Origin: Mytilus edulis
Taxonomy: Eukaryota
NCBI RefSeq assembly: GCF_963676685.1
Contig: NC_092356.1
Span: 40,672,001-40,736,000 of the forward strand
Reading direction: 5' to 3'
Length of the DNA stretch: 64,000 nt
Made by a program: the position numbers and the translations under genes. How positions within the stretch are numbered: the first letter of the stretch is position 1; each line of letters opens with the position of its first letter. Positions 51,125 through 64,000 of the stretch are shown here, one piece after another. The notes beneath the pieces are model-generated. The model did no database searches. It was not told the origin of the DNA and saw only the letters and a program-made list of their open reading frames with translations.

Positions 51125-51689
51125 ACTGCCGAGCCTTTGTATGAGAAATCATGTTACAATTATTTATAGCAATGTTGTGTGGTTGTGAAGGTCATTCCTG
51201 TTTATTTTTAGACATTCCAAGGTCATATGTATGAAGTATCCCATCATTAAAATCTTTATTCAAGAGAGTCAATGGACTAAGCTAATTTCTCAAATTTTAA
51301 GTTTTAAGTACTGTCAGTGTGACCTATATTAGAATCTAATATGTCAAGTTGAATATGTCGATAGACTATTTACTTTGGTCGCATTTGAATTCCGCCATTG
51401 CATGATTAATTCAAAAAAATTTAGTCGGTAAAACCTTATGATCGAAAACAATGGACTAAGCAGGTTGTTTACACTGTCAACTTTCGATAGGGTCAAGCAA
51501 AATTTTCGAAACTATTAGTTCATGTAATCTTTAATTTTGTTACAGGTCCTAAATTTTAGTGATATTGGGCCTCAAACATTAAACCGGTAATGAGCCATGT
51601 TTGTAAATTATTTTTGTGGTTTTTTTGACATGCAGTGTGACATGTTATCGTATTCAGTTTATATGAGAAAACTATCGCAGTTATATTAG

Positions 51690-51801
51690 AAAAATATTCC
51701 ATTCGGACGAACGAATGGACGGACGAACTGCGGACGGACGTACGGACGCACAGAACCGAAAACGTAATGCCCATTAATGGGGCATAATAAATGGGGCATA
51801 A
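51690..51801 (-). mobile_element. HINE-like element end: (GGAC)n microsatellite plus 'atgcccattaatggggcat' hairpin
   Basis: Direct reading of the sequence. Confidence 0.45.
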
Positions 51802-52139
51802 CAGTCATCTGGAAACGTCGTCCATTAGAGTTATAAATTCAACGCAAACAGACAGCTTAGCAGTCAGTGAAAACGTAATAGAGGTTCTTGTAGCTGAAGA
51901 AACAACAATTCTACCTTGTGAAAGGACAAGACGAAGGGGAGCCATAAAAAAACAAGTCATTTGATCGATTTCTTTTAAAATTAGCATCCTATACACTAGT
52001 TGTTCATGTTTGCAGGGCGGGAGAAAAGAAAAATGGGCAGAAGAAGGAAGAGAAGGGGTAGGAGAAAAGCGAAAGGTACTCCCTTACCGCCCCCTCTTAA
52101 ATAACATCGCTAGTTTTACAATGTTCAAATGTTTAGACG

Positions 52140-55055
52140 TTAAAAATTATGCACCATAGTTTCAATAAACTATTGAAATTATTGTTTGACAGATTGAATG
52201 AATGTATGCATAGATTTTTTGAATAAGGTCATAAATGTTTCGAGAAGGAATATGTTCTTTAAGAAAGGTTTTGAAACATTACGGTAAAAAAATCAGTTTT
52301 CCATAAAGGGTCGTTGTGGATGAATCTGAGGAAATTCTGAAATTTCATTCAATAGATTCTGACAGAGTTAAAAGCACTGACCAGATATGATTTTTATGGA
52401 AAACATTTTGAGGTTACTGAAAAGATAATTCATCCAAGTTGCTTCTCGATGATTTATGATTTTTGTTCTCATAGAATATTGTTATTTAAAAAATTGCTAG
52501 AATTTAGCTGTCATAACCCCAGCAAAGAGTGGATAAATAAGACACTGTAATTTTTGGTTTTGCTTTTTAAGGGAGATAATATATTATTGTTTTGTTGATT
52601 GATTTTTGTTATAATGTGTGTTAATTTTTAATTTCGTTCTATTTTCACATATTTAGTAATTCTATTATATGTTGGGTAAGATATAGCGAAACATTACTTT
52701 TAAATGCTAATGATTTAAATATTCTAATATCAACAATATTTTGCATTTATTCTATATCAATTGTAATCAGTTGACCTCAATTTTCAACATATAATAAGTC
52801 AAGTCAAGACTTCTTTCTTAATACACAATAGAATGATCTATCATAAATTGAAGATAAGCCATGAAAACTTTAACCGTCCTTTTAAAGTTTTTGTTTTATT
52901 CAGTCAAAGGATTTATTATTTACAACACTGTATGACGGTTTTTTGCAGCAAAATATATTTATATATAATCGCTAGTTTTACATAATAATCTTCAAGATAT
53001 GTCTCGTTACTGAGCTTTTCCTTACATCTCTTACAGAACTGAAATGTTTTCTGCAAATTTACAGCAGACCTGCTGCTATTTTCTTTACATTTACTGTTAA
53101 AATATTGTTTCCTTAGTTACTGGTGTAAAGACAATTCATAATTGATTGCATGGAAAGTAGGATAATTGCATCATTTCTATTTATAAACATTTTTTTATCA
53201 AAATATCTGTGATAAATGTTAAAATGTATGCACCATATTTTAAATAAATTATTGTATTAATTGTTTGATTAGATTGAATAAATGTATGTATAGATTTTTT
53301 TAATAAGGTCATAAATGTTTCGAGAAGGCATATAAAGGAGTACCAATTGTTCTTGAAGAAAGTTTTTGAAAAATTAAGTAAACAAAAATATGTTTCCATT
53401 TAGGGTCGTTGCTGAAGAATTGTAGGAAATTCTGAAATTTCATTCGATAGATTCTGACAGAGTAAAAAATCCCGACCAGATGTGATTTTTAGGAAACATT
53501 TTGCGGTTACTGAAAAGTTAATTCATCCAAGTTGCTTCTCGATGATTTATGATTTTTATTCTCATAGAATATTGTTGTTTTAAACATGGTAGAATTCAGC
53601 TGTCATAGCCCCAGCAAAGAGTGGAAAAATTAGACACCTTTTGCTTTTGGTTTTGCTTTCTAAGGGAGATAATCTATTATTGTTTTGTTGATTCTTTTTA
53701 GTTATTGTGTGTGTTAATTTTTAATTTTATTCTATTGTCACTTATTTAGTCATTCTATTATATGTTTAGGTAAGATATAGCGAAACATAACTTTCAAATG
53801 CTATTGATTTAAATGTTCTGATATCAACAATATTTGGCATTAATTCTATATCAATTGTAATCAGTCGACCTCAAGTTTTCAACATATAATAAGTCAAGTC
53901 ATGACTTCCCTAATTCTCAATAGAATGATCCATCAGATATTGAAGATATGCGATGAAATATGTTATCCGTCCTTTTAAAGTTTTTGTTTTATTCAGTCAA
54001 AGGATTTATTATTTACAACATTGTATGACTTTTTTTTGCTGCAAAATATATTTACATAAAAAACACCAGTTTTACTAAATAACCTTACGATGCGTCTCGT
54101 TACTGAGCTTTTCTTCACATCGCTTACAGAACTGAAATGTTTTCTGCAAATTTATATCAGACCTGCTGCTATTTTCCTTACTTTTACTATAAAAAATCAT
54201 GTTTCCTTTTAAAATTACTGGTGTAAAGAACAATTTATGGTTGATTGCATGGAAAGTAGGATAATTGCATCATTTCTATTTATAAACATTTTTATTAAAA
54301 CATCTGTGATAAATGATAAAAAGTGTGGCCCATAGTTTGAATTAATTATTGTATTAATTATTTGAAATTTGAATAAAATGATTGTATAATTTTTTTGAAT
54401 AAGGTCATAAATGCTTCAAAAGGTCATATAAAGTAGTATCAAATGTTCTTGAAGAAAGGTTTTGAAAAATCAAGTAAAAAATATATATTTCCATAAAGGG
54501 TCGTTGTGGATGAATTGTAGTAAATTCTGAAATTTCATTCAATAGATTTTGACAGAGTTAAAAACCCTGACCAGATGTGATTTTTAGGCAACATTTTGCG
54601 GTTACTGAAAAGTTAATTCATCCAAGTTGCTTCTCGATGATTTATGATTATGATTCTCATAAAATATTGCTGCTTCAAAAAATGTCAGAATTTAGCTGTA
54701 TATCCCAGCAAAGAGCGGGAAAATGAGACACCCTTTGTTTTGGTTTTGTTTTCTAAGGGAGATAATCTATTATTTTTTTGTTAATTCTTTTACGTTAATA
54801 TGTGGGTTAATTTTAAATTTCATTCTATTTTAACCTTTTTAGTCATTCTATTATATGATATGGTAAGATATAGCGAAACATTTATTTTAAATGCTTGTTA
54901 TTTAAACATTCTAATATCAACAATATTTGGCACTTATTTTATATCAATTGTAATCAGTTGACCTCAATTTTCAGCATATAATAAGTCAAATCATGACTTC
55001 CCTTATACAAAATAGAACGATCCATCAGACATTGAAGATCTGTGATTTAAACTGT
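52140..55055 (+). repeat. Diverged tandem triplication, ~2.7 units of ~1.09 kb
   Basis: 'ccata...ttg' start blocks at ~52150, ~53230 and ~54328. The shared block 'aattcatccaagttgcttctcgatgatttatg' occurs three times. Confidence 0.9.
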
Positions 55056-55836
55056 TATTTTACTTCTGTAATGAAATAATTACCTAGCTTTATGCTTGAT
55101 AATCATTTGAGAAATATGTGTTTATATCTTAATATATAGTAACATGTAAGCATGACCCCCACCCCATTTCCGTTAGACCCATCCTGATTCAAATATTTAG
55201 ATTTTTAATTTGAAAGAAGTAAATTTGAATCAGGCTACACACATTACATAAGTATATGTGTAATTCCTGCAAGTTTTCTGCAAACAAGCAGCAGTAAAAT
55301 TAACTTAAATGAAAAAGCTTGGAGCAAAAAATTGCAAATAAATATTTATATGTTTGCCGCAAGCTAACAACAAGCGTCATTTACATGGCAAAACGGTTGC
55401 GGCAAGATTGAATCAATTGTTTGCTGCTAGCTTTCTGCGAATGATATCCGCAAGGCTTTTTTTTAGAAGTGTTGACTCATTACTAAGCTTGTTTCTCATA
55501 TGGAAGTTAAATAAAACGTGTGTATGCAGTTCAGTCTTTGTGGGTTTTTTTTAATATAATGTTTATCAGGTCCTTGAAGTTATGAAAGCCGTAGCGTAGA
55601 CACATGTTCTGCATTTCGAGAGTGTTACCTTGACAGAATCAACAGCTGCTAAAGATTGTGATGGGGTCCGTTTATCAAATGTTACTGGAGATAACTAGAT
55701 GACATCTCATACACATAGAATAGGGAAATATTTAGGATGTATTTCAATAAGAGAGGAATCAAGAAAAAGATTTAAAATCAAAAGAGCTTGAGGCCAGTAT
55801 ATGGTCAACAATAGACAAATATCAATTAACTATGAC

Positions 55837-57444
55837 AACCTCTTAATTATCATAATTGTAGAAAATGGTGTATAAATATGACATCATTCACTCTAAATTT
55901 GCCTAATGAATAAATCATATTTAAAGGCAAACTTTGTCAGATTGCTATTTTCGTTTCCAAAATATGTTTTTGTCAGCTTAATATTTCTTCTTGACCTAAG
56001 AAATGACATAGAAAATGATACCAAGGCTGCAAGTTCATTTGCCGAATATCTAACTCGAGATTTGTGAAAAGATGTATTTATTCAGAATATCATAAAAGCA
56101 TTATACAACTGACAGTTATGGGGAATTATGTCATCAAACAAAACTGAACAAATGACAACAATTGCAAAGGCGGGGAATAAATACCGCCACAACCCCCAAT
56201 TCCAAGAGTTGGAGACTAGTTTTATGACAAAAAGAAAAATTCAGAAAATACTGATTATTCAAAATCAAAAATATAGTAAAAATTACAAATTAGGCAGTTA
56301 ACCACTATCTTAACTGTTTGGCAAGTAGACATATCAATGTAAAGCAACCCTTTTGAACTTAGCATTCCCATCACCGGCATGTTATACTGTTTGCATTTTA
56401 AAAATCGTTAAACTTGAGGGTAAATTCAACCTGTTACCAATATTGAAGTAACTAATATGTGTAAGGTACGCAGAGTGTAACAGTATAATCAAAGACAAAA
56501 TACATATCGATAAAAGATGAGCAAATTGTCTGAGAACTGTAAAACTTTGTAATTTTCATTTCTGGTTTTAGCTACAAATTCTCCTATCCTGAGGATACAA
56601 TGAAATGCCAAGGACATCATAGCCTTTAATTAGAACTGGTTGAACTGACCCTGTTCAACAAGGGAAACGGTCAACAATTATTTTGATAATATCTCTTTTG
56701 TAAAGGACATTCTACTGTCACAGGAACTCCTCAAATTTTGTTTACACTTGGTAATTTTTTTTATTTAACTTGTGAACATAACAGAAACATGAGATGCTAT
56801 TGTAGACGGTTTATATTTTTGCAAGAACAGAAAACTCATAAAATGAAATACCATCATGTGCGTAGATAGATAAGCATGTGATAAAGGGAGGCGTTCCTTA
56901 CAAAATTGATCTTATGCTTTCTACATCATATTAAAAGATGCCCTTGTTGTAGATGAAAGTGAAGCCTGCAATAATGTTCTCGTCATAAATTCAAAAGATG
57001 CTATTGCACTGAAACTGGAGCTAGACTTATCCATGTTAACCAAGGAGCTATATGTTGGGCTTTCTTAAAAGAAAAGCCAGACAACAAATCGCAAACTACA
57101 TTTGCCTAACCCTCAATTATATTTGCTTTAAAATGAATATAAAACTTTAGCGATGCCAAAACTAGTCTGCGGACTAATTTAATTCAAATGACGAAGTTTA
57201 ATATTAGTGTAATTGAAGCATATTAAGAGGCCATTCTCCCGCAAACCAAGTACCGCCAAAACCAGCAGCATATCCCCCATGTTTTCCAACTGCGTCTGAT
57301 TTGGAGGATCTCAATTTTTTAAATAAAAATATAGATTTCCATTGTATTAAGACATAAAATCAAACCATGCCCTCAAATCGGCGCCCGCTTCTGAATTAAG
57401 TGTTATTCCATAATTGGGATATGTATGGCCCATTGTTAGATCAA
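55837..57444 (-). mobile_element. Second copy of the DIRS/Ngaro RNase H-YR segment (duplicate of ~461-2103)
   Basis: Colinear, same orientation, high similarity along ~1.6 kb. Confidence 0.92.
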
Positions 57445-57447
57445 TAA

Positions 57448-58900
57448 CCTAATACATAAATAACAACAGACTACTAGCAGTTAACTAATATGCCAGCTCC
57501 AGACCTCAATTAAACTGATTGAAAGATTATGTCTTCATCATATGAATATCAGGCAAAATCCCTCCCGTTAGGGGTTTAGTAACATACTATCATAAAATAT
57601 ACGAGAAGAACATATCTCGTGTCATGCCAACAACTGTTTTTTAAATAAATGTGTTTAGTTCCAATGCAAAGACCCTATAAGTGAATCAATATTTAAGCCA
57701 AAATATGCAATCTTTAATGACATGACAACAGTATCGTAACTATATCCCTTCTTAATAAGTCTGTTTAAAGGTTTTGTAAGTTTTTCAGGTCAATACTGAC
57801 ATTTTTGTGCTTTGTAAAGAATATTACCATAAAAGATTGGATGTGAAATACCTGAACGTATAAGATGACTGCATGTTGAGTTATATTTACGAATTATTTC
57901 CTTATACCGAGGATAAAATTTAGTAAATGTTTTGACTAGTTTGTGATATCGAAAACCCTGGTGTAATAATTTTTCAGTAATACATAACTTTTTCTCGCTA
58001 AAATCTAATACGTTGTTACATACACGAGCGAATCGTACAAGTTAAGATATATAAACACCATAAAATAGTGACAAGGGAACGTCACCATCTCAAAATGGAT
58101 AATTAACGATAGGAAATGAAAAATTATCTCTTTTATCATACATTTTTGTATTAAGCTACCCGTTAATGATAAATATATCAAAATCTAGGAAAGGGCAGTG
58201 GTCATTGTTAGTATAAGCTTTATTTAAATAAGTTCAACGGGATAAATTTCTTCAGTATACATACTGAAGTCGTCATTATTGAGAGCCAATATATCATCCA
58301 GAGATCTAAAAGTATTGTTAAATGTTTGTATCAAATGTAGTTTCGATGGGTCTTTGCTAATTTTAGTCATAAATTGTAACCCATAACAATACAAAAACAG
58401 GTCCGCAATAAGTGGTGCACAGTTAGTCCCCATTAGAATTCCAATAACTTGACGATATACGGAATCTCCAAATCGAACAAAGATGTTATCAAGTAAAAAT
58501 TCAAGCGCATAAACATTATCAAAGCATGTCCAATTGACATAGTTCTCCTGTTTATTGCTTCTAAAAAAATGACCTGAAAGAGTGAAAATATGTACTCGCA
58601 TTCTTACTTTTTAAATGCCTAGTTAATTAGGGATGTGAAGTTTTTCTTAATAAGAATATGAGGCAAAGTGGTATATAGGGTAGAAAAATTCAAAATCACC
58701 AATATATGCATGTAATTTATCAAGTATTTCCAACGAGTTTTTGACACTCCAAAAATAATTAATTCCACTATTTTCAAAGGCCTTATTTGAACAATTTATC
58801 ATCAGGTTTTTTATTGTACCAAGTGTACTAGTAAGTAGAATAGACAATTTAGTAGTGGAACAATGGCTTGAAAATGAAATAAATCTATATTTGTAATTCA
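57448..58900 (-). mobile_element. Decayed Penelope-like element (RT plus 3' tail)
   Basis: 'YRFISFSSHCSTTKLS...NYFWSVKNS' (ORF 58647-58997) and 'FLLDNIFVRFGDSVYRQVIGILMGTNCAPLIADLFLY...FRSLDDILALNN' (ORF 58224-58601). Confidence 0.88.
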
Positions 58901-59204
58901 TATTCAACTGATCAAAGCAGAAAACTTTACAATTGTTGAACCCCCCCCCCCCACACACACACACACACACACACATAAAGACTACGAAACACAACAATGT
59001 TGAAACTCCATCTGGAAGTTTTACTGTGGAAGTTACTCCTAGGTCTTTTTGATAATGTTTATTAAGCTCAGTAATGTTACCTACATCTGGCTTCTAAACC
59101 GTAGATCTAAGAATTTTTACAAATCAGCATCTGATTTACACGGCTTATAGGATATACATCTTCACAATATTTCTTGAGGCAATATTTTACATTTTTATCG
59201 AAAG

Positions 59205-59570
59205 ATTATTGAACTTAACATTCGGATATATTGATGATGTTCTAACCATTAACAAACGAAACTTTTTTGATTGGGTTCCATAATATAACCTCCAGAACTA
59301 GAAATTCATGAAATTAAAGAACATAAATCGTATTTTGTAGACTTATAACTCGAATTTGACATGAGCGGCGGTTATATTAGTACTAAAAGTAATGACAAAT
59401 TAAAACATCATAAATAAGGAAATTATGTACCAATTAAGGAATTGGACAAATTTTTTTTTCTATTTGTTTGATATGTTTGAGCTTTTGTTTTTATCTTTTA
59501 TCAATGTGCTTTCTGTTTTCAATTTCCTCGGAGTTTTTTTGTGGTTTTTATTTTTTGTTATTTTTTATTT
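59205..59570 (+). mobile_element. Short Penelope-like RT remnant plus tail
   Basis: 'NLTFGYIDDVLTINKRNFFDWVP' at 59212-59280, then 'PPELEI'. Confidence 0.65.
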
Positions 59571-60871
59571 ATTTTTTTTACTGTATATAGATTGACAGCA
59601 AGACCTTTAGAAAGACATTTAGTAAATCATCATGGCGACCTAGCGATAAATCCTTTTTATAAGTTGTTTTATGGTAAGGTATCCAGTATGAAATATATGT
59701 TTATTTTCCATTTTGTATGTTAAGACCAAACCAAAGAAGGACATATTTTTGAGTTTTTATTGCCCTTAAAAACGTGTTTTGTTAATTCCATAACTTCTAC
59801 TTCTGTCGAGTGTTAGAAAACTTACATGCGCGATTGTCTACGAAGTTGGTGTTTTATGGTCAAACGAGAGTAAACTACTGTAGACGAAAATACAAAATAT
59901 AAAGCAAGGTATCTATGATGAGTTATTATTATTTTTCTATTGTGCTATGCCTTATTTTTTTATATAATAAATCAATTTATTTTGTATAGTACCACGACGA
60001 TGGTCATATAATACCCTACCATGACAATTATCATCTTTCTGGTTGCTGGTGGATTTCGTTTTACACATTTTAATTTCTAAATTAAATGCTCTGTATAATG
60101 TTGTTTGAGATTAAGTCCGGTTTTTTTTATTATTAGTTTGTTATTGTGTGGGCAGTTTCTCTGACATTTAAGTTGGCACATCCTTTTGGTATCTTTTTTT
60201 ATATCATTTTTGCTTGTACATTGTTGTAGACTGTATATTAATAGTCTTTTTTCACGTGATACAAAACGTACGCCTGACATACACAGCAATAATCCTGGTA
60301 TGTATGATGAGATAATTGATCTTTCTTAAACAACTTATTTTAAACTATTGCATTACTTCGTCATTGAAGCAAATGTTACAGCACCTTCATTCTAAGTAGA
60401 TGAAGAAATAATATAAACCTTTAATCAACTTAAATAAAGATTTATTTGATATTTAAAAGCGAAAAAAAGTGTTCGTATAGGGTTAGAAAACATGCCCGAC
60501 GCATAGTCCAGTTGTTCTTATACTTGTATAACAGCTGACCAAGAAAGTTACACTTGTGATAGCAAAGATCCCCTTCTTTTTTCTTATATTGTGACATCAC
60601 TGAACTAATTAATTAGACAGGTGCCATACGTTTACTCTTCAGGAGCATCCATGGTTTTGTTCAACGTCGTGTGATCAATTTCATGGATCTATTGTAGTCC
60701 AAATCTTTCAATCGTTTATTAACCCTGGTATTTCCTTTTCAAAATTAAAATTTTAAGGAGCAATAACTATGGCATGAAATTTGTTCACAGAATAATAAAT
60801 AAAAAAGAACTTTACCGTTTTATGTGATTACTTTTACAGATTAAAATAAGAAAGAAAACCACAACTAGGTT

Positions 60872-62252
60872 TTATGAACGAGTTCTAAATACTAAAATGT
60901 AATAGTCATTCATTTTGAAATAGAAATAATACAGATCGTTATAGCTTACATAGTAACCATATGATTTACCAACAACACATTGAAAATATTTCCCAAAAAA
61001 TATTTCTGATCTCTGTTTAATGTATTTTGCAACCGCCGATTGTTCACTATGTTGTTGAAAAGCCTCTCTTGCAAAACTCAATATCATGTGTTGTGTATTA
61101 TATCTCATATCAACTGCTAATATATCATATGAAACGGATCTTTTATGTTTTTCCTGTGGAAGTAGTCCTAAAATAGTTTTAAAAATAAAGGCCATAAGTC
61201 GTTGTGCTTGTTCATAATAATAATTATTTACTATAACTCTTTAAAAAAAAACCCGTCAAATTTCAATTAGCATTTACAACGATTTTGGAGATATAATAAG
61301 TCTATCACGTAAATATAAGTGTATAACGAGGCCATATGCAAATTAAATGCATGTAATTTTTTGTGTTGTTTAATAAATCATGGCTTCAAAGCATTAGTTA
61401 AAATTTACAATAAAATAAAAACAAAAAGAATAAGGTCATTAATGCCTGAAAACAAACCAAGAAGTTAGTTAAAGGAACATGTTGGATTAATTTTTACACA
61501 ATTAATATACGGTTTTGGTACTTAACCTGCAACCAAGAGTTCCAAGTGGTTAAGTTATTATCTCTTTAAAAATTTTACAGCCATCTTCACGAGTTGGTAA
61601 TAATTAAAAATATTTATTTCAAAGACGACGACGGATATTCACATTAATCGTTACATGTACCACAAACTAGTGTCCTTTCCTTGAATGTGATATATCGAGT
61701 AAGACTTATTTGGGTTGTACTTACATGTGCATCATGATGGATGCCTCATTTGGAAAAGCATCTGATTTACCTTCTGGACCGCATGAGATCCCCCCAGTGT
61801 TTGTTGGGGTAAGTGTTAGTCAGTCTTTTGTTGTCTTTGCTGATTTTTAAACTGTTATTTGTCTTAGATCGTTTTTCCTTTTTGCCAGTGCATTGTAATT
61901 GTTTTCAACTGATGAGTTTGAATATCCGTTTGATGTATATTTCGTCCATCTCATGTTGAATTACCTGCTAAATAAATCGTGTGTCTCAATTTTATGTTCA
62001 GTTCTTTTTTTTAATATAAGTTGTCGAATCATATAATTGACACTATATTTCTATGAAACTCGTTGAAGTTTGTTGACTTTTCCGTTCTATCTAAATTGTA
62101 TTTACCTTGAAGATATGCATGATATGTTCCTGTGATATTTAAAAAAGAAATCATACTTACTATTTCTATGGTGTGATTGGTTTGTAAAATTCCTTCTCAA
62201 AATCATTGATGTGTCGCCGATTTCATTTTTCAACGAATAAACGTAGAACATG
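60872..62252 (-). CDS. Divergent dynein light chain type 1 (LC8-like) protein; probable exons 62252-62161 and 61167-60872 (alternatively the single ORF 61195-60872)
   Basis: 'ILAVDM...AVAKYIKQRSEIFFGKYFQCVVGKSYGYYVSY...YFYFKMNDYYILVFRT' fits the LC8 pattern ([30 protein letters not shown]...FIYF...AILLFK). Acceptor ttttag at 61168 and donor gtaagt at 62160 are phase-compatible. Confidence 0.75.
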
Positions 62253-64000
62253 CTGAAGGCTTTTAAAAGAAAGTAAATGAATTTGTGGTTGTGAACTGAT
62301 TTTCAACATCACAAATTATGCATAGCAGAAATTTAACAATTGAATATAAAATGTGCTTTTATGAACTCGATAAATCTAAAATGTTCATGTTAAGTTTATT
62401 TGAATTATATATATATATATATATAAATATATAATACGTTATTGAATATCTAAAAAGTAAATTTGTCTTGAAATTCGGGCGTCATTTTCACGAAATTGAT
62501 TCATTTATGTAGCTACTGTTACCTTTTTTAACAAAAAAGCCCTAATAGAACTTCAAATGCTCTAAAATGCATGCACAATCATTGAAGACATATCAGAGGT
62601 ATCAAAGTTAAGCATGAAGAGGACTATGAAAAAATCAATAACAAGACACAAAAATACAGGAACACAAAATTAAACGCAGTAGTTGTCATCATATTTCTCT
62701 TTAAGGTAGTACAGCAGATGATTACTGCGCACAAATGTAGTGTTGCACTCTCTTCCAGATCTTCTTGACAGTGTAATTTAACAACAAATTGAGTAAGTGC
62801 AATATGCTTTGTAAAGATTTTCTTTTATATGTTGTGCTTCAGTTTAAAAATCAATATCATTACTAAATTTCATTCCTAGTTCGGAAAGTTTGACAAATCG
62901 GTTTACAGAAAATGTATTGGTGCTTTCCCTCTTTTGACCAACTAATACAGCTTCCTTATACAAATTTAATTTCTTAAGTGGAAACCTTTTCAAACATATG
63001 CGTAAATATAAATATAAAATGGTTCTTAATTTTAGTGTCAATAGGGTTAAGAGCACCAATCGTTGATCACTTTACGTTTTGAAACTTCAAAGTAGTTTAA
63101 AGTGTATCAGTTAGTTTAGAAAATTCATTCATCATTAATTTTTTGGCTTATGAACATGTCGTAAAAAGTATGAAAAATATCAAAAATTTACACAAGTATT
63201 TTATGTTTTCTATGTACAGTATTTATTGCTCCTGCTTCCAGAACACACGAGTTCACAATGCGTGCACACTGCTTTGTTCATTATTGTGTCTAGATATTCG
63301 TTCTTTTGACTATAGGTGTAACCCACCAAATTATGGTACGTCACATCCGGTTGTATACGAGAAATAGGTCGAAAAAAAATTCCCTTGAATTTGACAGTTG
63401 TATGTAATTAATCCTACATTTTATTGCAGTAAAACATTTCTATATCATAAACATATATGTCTTGGGTATTTCAATGCACCATTATATTTTTATTTGGGAT
63501 TTCTATAGAATATTTTGTAAACTTGAGGTTACATGGTTACTAAACCTTGTAAACAGATTAAATAAGGGGAGAAATTTGATTGGTTAACTTCCAGTGATGG
63601 TTATTTTCTTATATGCAAGGAAATGTTAATTGAATTTTTTTCTATAGTACTGGACAGGATAAAATTTGACTCATGCCAAGTATTTCTTTATTTGAAACAA
63701 AGATAAATTCTGCACATTTTTTTTTTAAAAGTGCAAATTTAACAAAGACTCATAGCGGAAAATCAATGGTGGTATTACACCTATAGTTGTGATATTCTTT
63801 TACTTGTTTCTGTATTGCTTCATTTGTATCTTCTATAAAATCAGAAACTTATCAAATGTTGTGAACGTGGTCTCGAATGCGCAAATCGCTAAAACGTTAA
63901 TTAAATCAACGTCACCGCCGTTAATAACGCAATGCTGAGGGCTGTACCCCTATTTTTTGAAATTTTAGCCGATTACGTCTAGTTGTTTTTGTTCACACAT

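Noticed and set aside
60235-60315. Further hammerheads at ~60250 and ~59880
   Set aside because: Retrozyme-derived flanks ('aatcctggtat.tatgatgag') are visible but the catalytic core is destroyed.

Overview
AT-rich, repeat-dense eukaryotic DNA. The repeat families and gene content suggest a bivalve, probably Mytilus; this is inferred, not proven. Host coding content: (i) a multi-exon + strand rootletin/CROCC-like gene (~24.6/30.5-51.1 kb) with phase-consistent, stop-free exons giving only ~570-630 aa, because large parts of the rootletin coiled coil are absent; (ii) a divergent dynein light chain LC8-like gene on the minus strand (~60.9-62.3 kb); (iii) an intronless, 5'-truncated bacterial-type UDP-galactopyranose mutase (glf) remnant at 19.2-20.1 kb. 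Mobile DNA: a decayed DIRS/Ngaro tyrosine-recombinase retroelement, partly duplicated at 55.8-57.4 kb; a 6.8-kb L1/Tx1-type LINE with a 16-bp TSD; four Penelope-like RT remnants plus dispersed copies of their 3' tails; a Ginger2-like DNA transposon; and several MITEs and Helentron-like repeats. Most notable are two different ~350-bp tandem arrays of retrozyme type. Each unit carries a type I hammerhead ribozyme on the minus strand and a second, covarying structured RNA domain shared by both families. All identifications come from manual reading and translation; no database search was run.
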